From assembly GCF_001194135.2 (NCBI RefSeq), contig NC_068982.1:8145346-8183407 (forward strand): a stretch of 38,062 nucleotides of DNA, in the 5' to 3' direction. Made by a program: the position numbers and the translations under genes. Positions 10,718-21,287 of this stretch are shown here, piece after piece. This DNA is from Octopus bimaculoides. Taxonomy: Eukaryota. Every line of letters starts with the position of its first letter. Position 1 is the stretch's first letter. The notes beneath the pieces are model-generated. The model was not told the DNA's origin. It did not search any database and saw only the letters and a program-made list of their open reading frames with translations.

Positions 10718-10988
10718 GGCATATGGCGTAGTGGTTAAGAGCGCGGGCTACTAACCCCAAGATTCTGAGTTCGGTTCAAAGCAGTGGCCTGAACAATAAT
10801 AATAACATCGAAAAATACCTTAGGAATGAAAACCCAGGATCGAAATTTCCCCAGGACACCTGATGAAGGCTGGAGAGTATATCAGCCGAAACGTTGTGTT
10901 AACAACAAACAAGATGAGGACAAACATCTGTCAAATGTAAATAATGTAAATAATGTACATAATTCCTCATCTCTTAAGTATAGAACTG
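10718..10988 (+). mobile_element. tRNA-derived SINE, family C, with PLE-like 3' tail
   Basis: Head GGGCATATGGCGTAGTGGTTAAGAGCGCGGGC...GAGTTCGGTTC (A and B boxes), then a tail containing CTGATGA...GAAAC and ending AATTCCTCATCTCTTAAGTATAGAACTG. Confidence 0.75.
10855..10900 (+). ncRNA. Candidate minimal type I hammerhead ribozyme
   Basis: Stem I GACAC(10855-59)/GTGTT(10896-900). Core CTGATGA(10860-66) plus an extra A. Stem II GGCTG(10868-72)/CAGCC(10883-87). GAAA(10888-91). Palindromic AACGTT stem III. Predicted GUU cleavage after 10895. Confidence 0.6.
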
Positions 10989-11149
10989 AAAAACCGATCT
11001 TTCTTCACGGATCAACTCAACTCTACGAATAAAATACTGAATCTATTTCTTTTAGCTACATATTTCCACAAAATTTCACAATGTATTTCTATGTTTCCTT
11101 TATAACAGCTATAAAAAAAAACACGCCTCACGCTCGCGCACAGGCATAT

Positions 11150-12411
11150 ACACAAGGTTTTCGGTTTTTATGTCTCCTTTTTCAAGAACAGCTTAATGTA
11201 TTTGCGAAAAGTCAAAGGCGTTGGAGGGTACAGAGATTAAAGTTGTAGTTGGGAAAGACTTACCTGTCGTGGAAGAGTGGAAACTATCTGAATATCGGAA
11301 AAGACTTATTTGCATCGGGATGATTCGCACTGGGTATCAAAATGCCCTCATCATAACTCCTGCTCAGTGCTCTGTGAATACTGTGAAGGCTGTAAGACGT
11401 GACATGGACGGCTGCAACGAAGACAACAAAGTTAGGACAAGCATAAAGAGGCACAGCAGGCGTTCTGGCTGAATTCGCAGACTGGGATTCACCCAACAAC
11501 TACAGGACAAAGTGATGGAAGATTTAAGCAAGGAAATCTGTGCTTTGGCAAGGGAGATGGCTGTTGGGGTCGGTACCATGAAACTGGCCCTGAATGTGGA
11601 CCTTCGCTACCACTCGTAGAAGAGGTGCAAGGATCGAATTCTGGCGGTCAAAGCCAAGGAGAACAACTTCACAGAAACAGAGAAGCTCTTGAACAAAGTG
11701 AGTCAACACGTTGAGCCGGGGATGATCTGATGCTCCTCAGATGAAAAGAACTTCTGCTAGGATCAGTTGCATGATACCCAGAACAACTGATGGCTTGTCT
11801 GCAACTGATGTGATGTCCCACATGTCATGAAAACCAAGTTCCCCTAAACTGTGATGGTTTTTGGGTGCGTCTCCACTGAGCGTGACGTCATGCCACCTCA
11901 CAACGTTGAAGAAGGCTGGAGGCTACGTTCAGACGGCTATGTGAAGCTGCTGGAGACTGAGGTCAAACTTTGGCTGGACAGAGTTGCAACTTGAAGGCCA
12001 TATGTGTGGTAGCAGGATTCATCTCTTTGCCATAACTCAGGAAAGAGCCAGAAGTAGTTGTCGGAGAATTTCTACGACTTCAATTTCTGGCCTTCTTAAT
12101 TCCTTCGATTGTAGTCTCATGGATTACGAGGTGTAGGGCACGGTTAAAAGAGACACCACCCTCTCAACCTGCAACAGCAAGGCCGAGTAGGTGTTCGAAG
12201 ATCTTCCCAGGAGCACAGTGAGGAAAGAATGTCCCAGGTTCCGAAGCCGTGTTGAGGCCATGGTGGAAGCTGAGGGCGGCTACTTTGAGGAAACTTATCT
12301 CCCTGCCAAAATCTAATTGAGATATTTTTAAAAAGTACTTTTAATTTTGCGTGGGATATTGTGTTTTCTTTTCATTTTATGCAAACTGTCAAATTTAGCT
12401 CGGACACCCTG
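11150..12411 (+). mobile_element. Tc1/mariner DD37D (maT-type) transposon, decayed
   Basis: Pseudo-frames give SDEKNF, KTKFP*TVMVFGCVS..DVMPPH, RPYVW*QDS..CHNSGKSQK*LSENF, MDY and EAMVEAEGGYFE. Right end is CGGACACCCTG+TA (12401-12413); left TIR not resolved. Confidence 0.85.
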
Positions 12412-13409
12412 TATACCATACTCACACGTACCATCACACGTACCTTTCATCCATACACAGACACATGCACAGCAATGCAAAACCTTACACGCGTGTAATC
12501 AACTAACATACACACAAAACATATACGCACACACGGCATTCACACATACATGCCATTCACTTCTTGCCTCCCCTTATGATCACTGTCTTAATTGGGAAAC
12601 CCCTTCCCCCTCTTACATTTCCACTTCATTACTTCTCAGCATGGCAACAAACTAATTACACGCGAACCTTTTCCCACAGATCTTTGCTCTTCTATTTATT
12701 CCTTCCTAGAGTCCAATACATTCTTGTTCATTCCTGCGTGAAGATAATATTACAAGTTTATATTTCTGTTCGTTTAACTGCCTAGCTTTTGACATACTTC
12801 CTTGGGATGAAAGGCACGTCCTTCTATGAAAATCTCAAACCATTCTTGTCTAAGGTGAAAAATCGATTTTATCTATAACACCCAACGAACGAATAGGCAG
12901 AAAACTGACTGTAGCAATGCAAATACCAAACTTCATAGCTTTTACTCGGATCAGCTGTCAGTAGGTCTCGTGCCAAGCGAATAATAATTCAAAGTGACTA
13001 TTGATCGAAACAAATCATTTGGAAAAACCTATAACAAAGATAGTCCTGATACTTTTCTATTCAAGTATTAGGGAGGTGTTACCTTTTCAACAGCAGAAAT
13101 TTCCCAGCAACCATGAACAATGGACGGTCTAATGCTTAATTTTAATCCAGCTCTATTGTCATTCTGTTTTATTTTTAACCCTGAAGCCAGTTTGATTAAA
13201 AGTTATTAGACACATTAAAGAAATTGGTTTAACCATCATGAGTACAGCTTATATAAATATAATTAGAGGATATATTAACCTTGTGAAGGGATGGTTGCAT
13301 CCAAGGAAATACTGGTTCAATACCTGGTATTTTGAGGGAATAAAGTTCTCTTAAAATAATATGCATATAGTTTATATCCATTGAAAAGAAGGAAAGAAAA
13401 AGATAAGTT

Positions 13410-13744
13410 GATAGTGGCTGTGTGGTAAGTAGCTTGCTTACCAGCCACATGGTTCCGGGTTCAGTCCCACTGCGTGGCACCTTGGGCAAGTGTCTTCTGC
13501 TATAGCCTCGAGCCCACCAAAGCCTTGTGAGTGGATTTGGTAGACGGAAACTGAAAGAAGCCCGTCGTATATATGTATATATATATATGTGTGTGTTTGT
13601 GTGCCTGTGTTTGTCCCCCAACATCGCTTGACAACCGATGCTGGTGTGTTTACGTCCCCGTAACTTAGCGGTTCGGTAAAAGAGACCGATAGAATAAGTA
13701 CTAGGTTTACAAAGAATAAGTGAATAAGTCCTAGGGTCGATTTG
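13410..13744 (+). mobile_element. SINE family A, cut by an assembly gap
   Basis: GTGGCTGTGTGGTAAGTAGC head, GGTTCAGTCCC B box, internal (TA)n/(TG)n. Runs into Ns at 13745. Confidence 0.9.
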
Positions 13745-14669
13745 NNNNNNNNNNNNNNNNNNNNNNNNNNNNNNNNNNNNNNNNNNNNNNNNNNNNNNNN
13801 NNNNNNNNNNNNNNNNNNNNNNNNNNNNNNNNNNNNNNNNNNNNNNNNNNNNNNNNNNNNNNNNNNNNNNNNNNNNNNNNNNNNNNNNNNNNNNNNNNNN
13901 NNNNNNNNNNNNNNNNNNNNNNNNNNNNNNNNNNNNNNNNNNNNNNNNNNNNNNNNNNNNNNNNNNNNNNNNNNNNNNNNNNNNNNNNNNNNNNNNNNNN
14001 NNNNNNNNNNNNNNNNNNNNNNNNNNNNNNNNNNNNNNNNNNNNNNNNNNNNNNNNNNNNNNNNNNNNNNNNNNNNNNNNNNNNNNNNNNNNNNNNNNNN
14101 NNNNNNNNNNNNNNNNNNNNNNNNNNNNNNNNNNNNNNNNNNNNNNNNNNNNNNNNNNNNNNNNNNNNNNNNNNNNNNNNNNNNNNNNNNNNNNNNNNNN
14201 NNNNNNNNNNNNNNNNNNNNNNNNNNNNNNNNNNNNNNNNNNNNNNNNNNNNNNNNNNNNNNNNNNNNNNNNNNNNNNNNNNNNNNNNNNNNNNNNNNNN
14301 NNNNNNNNNNNNNNNNNNNNNNNNNNNNNNNNNNNNNNNNNNNNNNNNNNNNNNNNNNNNNNNNNNNNNNNNNNNNNNNNNNNNNNNNNNNNNNNNNNNN
14401 NNNNNNNNNNNNNNNNNNNNNNNNNNNNNNNNNNNNNNNNNNNNNNNNNNNNNNNNNNNNNNNNNNNNNNNNNNNNNNNNNNNNNNNNNNNNNNNNNNNN
14501 NNNNNNNNNNNNNNNNNNNNNNNNNNNNNNNNNNNNNNNNNNNNNNNNNNNNNNNNNNNNNNNNNNNNNNNNNNNNNNNNNNNNNNNNNNNNNNNNNNNN
14601 NNNNNNNNGTGTGTGTGTGTGTGTGTGTGACCAGTTGCCAATTTTGGTAGCAATATTTATCTATGTTAT

Positions 14670-14882
14670 ACGGCGGCGAGCTGGCAGAATCGTTAGCATG
14701 CCGGGCGAAATGATGCTAAGCATTTTGTCAACCTTCACTTTCTGAGTTCAAATACCACCAAGACCGACTTTACCTTTCATCCTTTCGGGTCGATAAAATA
14801 AGTCCCAGTTGAGTACTGGGGTCGATGTAATCGACTTACTCCCTTTCCCGAAATTGCTGGCTTTGTGCCAAAATTTAAAATC
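14670..14882 (+). mobile_element. SINE family B
   Basis: GGCGGCGAGCTGGCAGAATCG head, core, GTCGATGTAATCGAC hairpin at 14821-14835. Confidence 0.9.
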
Positions 14883-14926
14883 TGTTTATGTTACAGTAAA
14901 AACTATATTATTTTATCAACCATAGG

Positions 14927-14953
14927 TTTTTCTTTTTTTTTTTACAGGTGAGT
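14927..14953 (+). other. Juxtaposed splice acceptor/donor (YnACAG|GTGAGT)
   Basis: 17-nt pyrimidine tract, ACAG ending at 14947, immediately followed by a consensus GTGAGT donor. Confidence 0.5.
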
Positions 14954-15491
14954 ATTTTTTGTAGGTCAGACTTTTACAGTAATGTCAAAACGTTTAAAAG
15001 GTTTAGTTGCTGACCCTCTACAAAACATCGAGCATAATCTGGTACGACAGTTTGATCCCACACACAAACAGCTTTTATTTTGTTTCTTCGCGACTCGATA
15101 AAAAATTTACCAGTAATACAGTGTTTCGATAAAATCAACAACAGTTCTTTGAAGAAGTATTTTAACCATTGTATCTCATACAAATGTAAGAAATAAGGCG
15201 TAGAAGCATAAGTAACCTGTTATTTTGAAAGATTAACTTCGATTAAGAAATCGATTTATTTTAGTAGCGTAAATAAAGGCGTCAACTTTTAAAAATAACT
15301 TTGAAATCTACTCTATTGATTATTGAAAGAAAAAGAAAAATATGTACGCTACATATTGAAATATATATACCTATAAAAGTATGAATGTATGTATGTACGC
15401 ATGTATGCTTATATGTATCCGTTTATGTATGTGTAGGCGTGTGTATTGGAATTTCAACAACATCAACGGGTTATTTTTGCATCTATGTATT

Positions 15492-15552
<61 letters not shown>

Positions 15553-15758
15553 TTAATTATTATAAATTTTCCGCTAAGTTCCGGAGAGGAGGCAAGTCTA
15601 TTACATTGACCCCAGTACTCAGNNNNNNNNNNNNNNNNNNNNNNNNNNNNNNNNNNNNNNNNNNNCAAAGTCAACCTCGGCAGAATTTTAATACTAAATA
15701 TTAAAATATTCTCTTTCACGAACATCTCAAATTGACATATTTTCCTTAAAATTTAAAA

Positions 15759-15803
<45 letters not shown>

Positions 15804-15991
15804 CCTGGAGGCTTGTATAACGTATAGAAAACTTTAGAAAAGATGAGGCTATATACACCGTCATGTTAAACTCAAACAAATTATAATTGAATATATTCTT
15901 GGAAAAGGAAATTTCGAAATATCTTAGAATCGCAATTTGATAATTAATATATCATTTCCTCTCTTTTCATTTTTCGTTTCAGACTAATAAA

Positions 15992-17527
15992 ATGCTTCGA
16001 AAAGCAACGTCGAAATATCAAGTTGGATTTCTTTGGAAGCAGAGCAATCGCGATGGGCACCAGATTCCGGGTTTCAGGAAAACGAATCCTTCAACGAGCG
16101 ACAGTCTGAAGGGCAAAAGCCGAGTAAAGTATGATACTTTTTGTGATGAACTAAAGAACGAAGCAAATCATGGAAATCCCTCAAAAACTTTGAAACCCAT
16201 AAACCCAAGTAGTTGTCGCTTTGATAATGTTATTGGTGATAGTGAATCACTCTCCTTCAACGATAACCAACGAAGCTTGAGGGTTTCGAATAATAACAGA
16301 TGCTTACTAAATCCGAACGACGAAAAATTTTATGGTTTTCACAACAAGAACAACCTTCGAAATTATAAAAATCTACAATTTGTTACAACAGACGATTGTA
16401 CACCGGAAGTTAGTGCAAACCAAAAGGAAGTAGAAAAGAGTTCAGATAATAACAGACATTCGGGATATTCGAAAAATAGGAAAGACGTTTCCTTTATTTC
16501 ATTAAATCAAACGGTTGGAAATTATTCTAAACAACCATGGTATGTACCTAATTTTGATTATTGCTTATCAAAAGCCTACGAGGGTTCCAAGATTGATATT
16601 CTTCGCGCGTCAAGTCCTTCGAAACAACGCAGTAGTTTAAAAAATTTCAAGAAAATTATGAGACCTTCACTCAAGGAAATAGAAGCAAATGCAAACGGTT
16701 TTAACATAAAAAGAATTTCCAACGAGCCTCAACAATCTTCTCGATGTGAATCAGCTTGCTCACAGAAACACTCAAGGCAGTCTTTACCGAACTGTGATAT
16801 TTCAACAGCGAACAATGCGTCTACTAATCACAACCGTAAACGAAACGAAGAAATAAAGGAAGAGTCCTTGAACAAACCATTTCAAGTTTTTACTGATGTC
16901 TCTTCGGCTGTCACAAAAGACACAGATAATAAAAGAACAGAATTTAAATCTAATACAAAATATGCTCGGAAATACAGCTTTCAGCAATTAAAAATGAATG
17001 GTAAACCTAATCAAAATAAATTAGTTTTAACGAAAACGGAAAAAAATAGTTTCAACGAGACTGTCAATGCAAATAATAGAATACAAAACAAAAACAGTCA
17101 AAATCGAGACTTTTATTTCGCTGAAAGTGAAAAGATTAGGAAAAGGCCTGAAAGAAGGAAATTCGAAGATAATGAAGAAACAGTCGCTGCAAATTATATT
17201 TCCAGAGGATATTTAAAACCAGATGCAAAACCAAATTTGTTTGAGTTAACAGGTTTAAAATTACCTTTACAAATGTCTAATAAGACTTTTATTCCTTACC
17301 CTTTGAAATATTTCAAGAATCATTCATTTCAAGCTACACAAACAAATACAAGTCGAACGGTGTGTTTTCACAGAAGTCCAGCTCTTCTAACAATAAAGAA
17401 CGTTGTCCTCCACGATGTTGCATCCAGACAATCGACTAAAAAGGAACTCAAAGCGGACAATATCCTCAAATGGATGGAAGATTGTTCTAAAGTGCTACTC
17501 GATACTGGTTTTTCTCATATATTTTAG
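15992..17527 (+). CDS. Hypothetical 511-aa N/K/S-rich protein, whole CDS in one probable terminal exon
   Basis: 1536-bp stop-free ORF in AT-rich DNA. Strong acceptor TTTTCATTTTTCGTTTCAG ends at 15982, 9 nt before the ATG. AATAAA at 17691-96. No TE or known-domain motif recognised. Confidence 0.75.
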   Translation: MLRKATSKYQVGFLWKQSNRDGHQIPGFRKTNPSTSDSLKGKSRVKYDTFCDELKNEANHGNPSKTLKPINPSSCRFDNVIGDSESLSFNDNQRSLRVSNNNRCLLNPNDEKFYGFHNKNNLRNYKNLQFVTTDDCTPEVSANQKEVEKSSDNNRHSGYSKNRKDVSFISLNQTVGNYSKQPWYVPNFDYCLSKAYEGSKIDILRASSPSKQRSSLKNFKKIMRPSLKEIEANANGFNIKRISNEPQQSSRCESACSQKHSRQSLPNCDISTANNASTNHNRKRNEEIKEESLNKPFQVFTDVSSAVTKDTDNKRTEFKSNTKYARKYSFQQLKMNGKPNQNKLVLTKTEKNSFNETVNANNRIQNKNSQNRDFYFAESEKIRKRPERRKFEDNEETVAANYISRGYLKPDAKPNLFELTGLKLPLQMSNKTFIPYPLKYFKNHSFQATQTNTSRTVCFHRSPALLTIKNVVLHDVASRQSTKKELKADNILKWMEDCSKVLLDTGFSHIF

Positions 17528-18184
17528 TATCTTCACTTTGAACGTCTGTCGATATTGCTAAATCAGAACAGTTGGAAAAACGGAATTCGTAACTATTTTC
17601 GCATAATTCTTACGATTTCAATCCAAGCTCAAAATCATTTTCATCACATTTTTTAAAGAGAAGTGTTTTAATTGTGTATATCTTATTAATAATAAAGAGA
17701 AATTAGAAAGGTTTCATTCGTGCAATTTATTTCCTTAAATTATTCATAACTGACTATACAGTTTCTCTTCAGAATAGTAGTCATGATAAAATATCACTAC
17801 AGAATTAGACTCAGTTGACAGAAACCGTGAAGCCTGCGATTGAATGTTTCGCGATTTTTAGTTTCGTCGAGGCAACTAGCTGACAGAACCGTTAGCACGT
17901 AGGACAAAATGCTTAACACAAAACGCGACGGGCCACGATCGTGGCCCAAATAGATGCTTTTAATTTATGGGCGTTTGTTGGGGTCTGATGTCACTCAAAC
18001 GCTCCGATACCCACCAGAATGCAAGAGGACTAATAGTTCAACTAATGACTGATCAGATGATGTAAAACTTTCCACCATTATATATACTAAGAAGATATTT
18101 TAACTATTGTTTTGTTTTTTATGTGTGCATGGTAGTCTCATTTTCATAAAATGTGCTCAGCTGTCCATTCTATGTAAGTGCAAA

Positions 18185-18632
18185 TCCAAGCGCTTTATGG
18201 GTTAACGCCATTACTTCCAGCTCTTTACACTGTGAATTCAGCTTTGCCTTGCATCCTTTCGAGGTCGATAGTAAAGTATTAGTGTAATCGACTGACCCAC
18301 TCTCCTTTAAATTGCTGATATGGTGCCCAAAATTTGAAAAAATAATTACTTTCGTTTTTCTTCATTCGCCGCCGTTCTGAGTTCAAATTTCGCTGAGGTC
18401 GACTTTGCCTTTCATCCTTTCGGGGTCGATAAATTAAGTACCAGTTACGTACAGGGATAAATCTAATCGACTTAAACCCTTTGTCTGTCCTTGTTTGTCC
18501 CCTCTATGTTTAGCCCCTTGTGGGTAATAAAGAAATAAGAAACGTTAGCATGTCGGGCAAAATGCATTGCAGCATTTCGTACGTTTTACGTCTTGAGTTC
18601 AGGCCCTATGCTTATAATAGAAAGAATTATTT
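18185..18632 (+). mobile_element. Family-B SINE cluster including a dimeric B-B element
   Basis: Degenerate copy at about 18185-18345, then a 5'-truncated monomer (about 18360-18540) fused via AATAAAGAAATAAGAAACGTTAGCAT to an internally deleted second monomer. Confidence 0.8.
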
Positions 18633-18774
18633 AATAAGATACCATGTGTGCATTCCCTAATTTCCAATTTTCCACATCAATTACGTTCCCTAACCTTACT
18701 GGGATGATTTTTTTCTTTCGTAATCTATGAAACATTTTCATACAACCGGTTTACAAGTTACTTAAGATTTTATA

Positions 18775-19020
18775 TTATTACCCCTACCTTAGCGAAGGAG
18801 GGGGTATTGTTTCAGTTGTGATTGTTTGTTTGCTTGATTGTCCGTAGACAAGCTATCTCAAGGACCACTGGATGGATTCGGATGAAACTTTCAGGGATGT
18901 TTGCCTCATGACTGGCATGAACTGATAAGATTTTAGGATCTATCCGGTACCGGACAAAGATTTCCTTAATTTTTGGATCATTTTTTTTTTAACTTAATTT
19001 TTGAAAGTTTGCAAATACAC
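18775..19020 (+). mobile_element. Non-autonomous DNA element, DINE-1/HINE- or Crypton-like 5' end
   Basis: TT start, hairpin TACCCCTACCTT-AGCG-AAGGAGGGGGTA (18779-18806), GTTT repeats, then ATCTCAAGGACCACTGGATGGATTCGGATGAAACTT. Right boundary unknown. Confidence 0.4.
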
Positions 19021-19992
19021 TAGGATTTTATAAAATAAGATAGCTGGTCCCGTGCCGTAAAAAAATGACGGCTAATTATAGTATTTTATATATAAATATG
19101 GATGGGAAATCAAATTAATACACATGTCAATGTTCACATACATTCACATACTTCCTTTGTACGCGTACACACATTTACTCACACAGAGTTGAAACACTGA
19201 GTTTTCTTTCTCAGCGTAAAATGTTCACCATTCCACCAGTTTACTATCACTCTTCCTTTCTCATTCATATGTTGTGACGGGGAAAAATACAAGAGTATTA
19301 TTATAGTAGATTATCTTTCTCGTATATCTGTCTCCTCCTTGTGCGCATGCGCAGCATCTTTGGTTACTATAAAAACAGAGTTTTTCGCCACGACGACGTA
19401 TAAAATACACGCTTCTGATTGGCTAAAATATTCACATTTTGCAAATTTTAAAGGCTAATTACTTCTCAATTAGGGATTTATAGGAAAAATGAATTTCATT
19501 TACATAATTAGTATACAAAACTTAACCCATATACCAAATTTGAAAACAATTGAAACAAAAGTGTAAACAGTGACGAAAACCAAAGATCCGTACCTGGTAC
19601 TCATAGCATATATTTTGTGAGCCACTGTCTTATTGCATGCAGAAAGTTCCGAGGTCCATATTTTCCTTATCTGGCTGTAATATTATTTAGTGACACGTGT
19701 CTTGTTACTGGTAGGATATGTTTTCATTTGTCCCCTCGGTGCTTGAAACATTCATCGTCAGATATAGGAGAAGCAGTTGATAGAAATAACTGTTTGTCTG
19801 GTTTACAGTTTTCCCTCTTTGCACAGCCTATAGCAACATTTATCGCCATCAAACTCCAACCCTATTTCCTTTGCGAATGTTGTAACCATGTCAAGGCTCT
19901 TTTTCATCTCATGCATACTCTTGGCATACAATTTCAAGTCATCCACAAACAAGCAGTGAGTAATTTTGTTATATGTATATATCTATCTACCT

Positions 19993-20167
19993 AGGCGCAT
20001 GCGTGACTGTGGCAAGACGTTTGCTTTCCAAACACATGGTTTGGAGTTCAGTCCCACTGCATGGTACTTTGGGCAAGTGTCTTCTACTATAGCTCCAGAC
20101 CAGCCAAGCTTTGTGAGTGGGTTGGGTAGACGGAAACTAAAAGAGGCCTATCGTATATGTGTGTGCG

Positions 20168-20205
<38 letters not shown>

Positions 20206-21083
20206 TACAGGGTGCGATGGGTAAATTTTCGCCATTTTATATTTTTAATTTTGTGCATGCGCATTGTTTGTTTTTGATTTTGTCGACTACACAATATAGT
20301 AGGGTTAGTTGGGTACCATCTATGAGAAAAAGAGCATCATGACGCAATTCACTGCCAGAAATTTGGAAACAACATGCTGTACTGCTAGGCATTCGCGCCG
20401 GAAGCTCCAATACGAACATTTCAGAGTGTTTAGGTGTCAATCTGAGGACATGTACCGAGAGTGATAAAGATCAAACATCCAGTCAACATCATGGTGTTTG
20501 GAGTGATCACTGGTGATGACTACGTTATGCCTCCATTCATCTTCCCACACGGCTTCAGACTCAACACGGAGGCCTACATCAAGTGCTTGTAGGAGGTAAT
20601 GCTGCCCTGGGTCAAGAGGGTGGCTACAGGACGACCCTATGTCTGGCAACAGCACTCAGCACCATGCCACGCGAACAAGAGAACCCAGTCATGGCTGTCA
20701 GACAATTTTTGCGACCACATCACCCCTAACATCAGACCACCTAACTCCCCAGACTGCAACCCCCTTGATTATTATGTGTGGGGCGCAGTTAAGCGAGAGA
20801 CCAACAAAACTCCTTCTAACACCAAAGATGAACTGAAGACAAGGATTATGGCAGCATTCACCAACTTAAAAAAGGAAACCGTCCAGAAGAGTTGCAGGAG
20901 ATTCTGAAGTCGTCTGGAGGTCGTAGTTGAAGCCAATGCCGATTTTATTGAATAAATTTACTCTTTAGTATTTCAAAATATTTTTATGTAATTTTGGTAA
21001 ATATATCTGTAAAATGAGATGTCAGTGTTATTTTTATTTTTGCGTAATTTAGACGACAATATATTCATCGCACTCTGCATGCA

Positions 21084-21115
<32 letters not shown>

Positions 21116-21218
21116 NNNNNNNNNNNNNNNNNNNNNNNNNNNNNNNNNNNNNNNNNNNNNNNNNNNNNNNNNNNNNNNNNNNNNNNNNNNNNNNNNNNNN
21201 NNNNNNNNNNNNNNNNNN

Positions 21219-21287
<69 letters not shown>

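Noticed and set aside
10718-10790. tRNA gene call for SINE heads (also 24147, 32066, 37393)
   Set aside because: No complete cloverleaf or acceptor stem, and no T-run terminator; each continues into a SINE body.
13229-14653. Long ORFs crossing N runs (also 15381, 21019-21427, 27151-28020)
   Set aside because: Artefacts of translating assembly gaps as X.
16478-17370. RVxF-like PP1 docking motifs (KDVSF, RTVCF) in the 511-aa protein
   Set aside because: A short degenerate motif expected by chance without conservation data.
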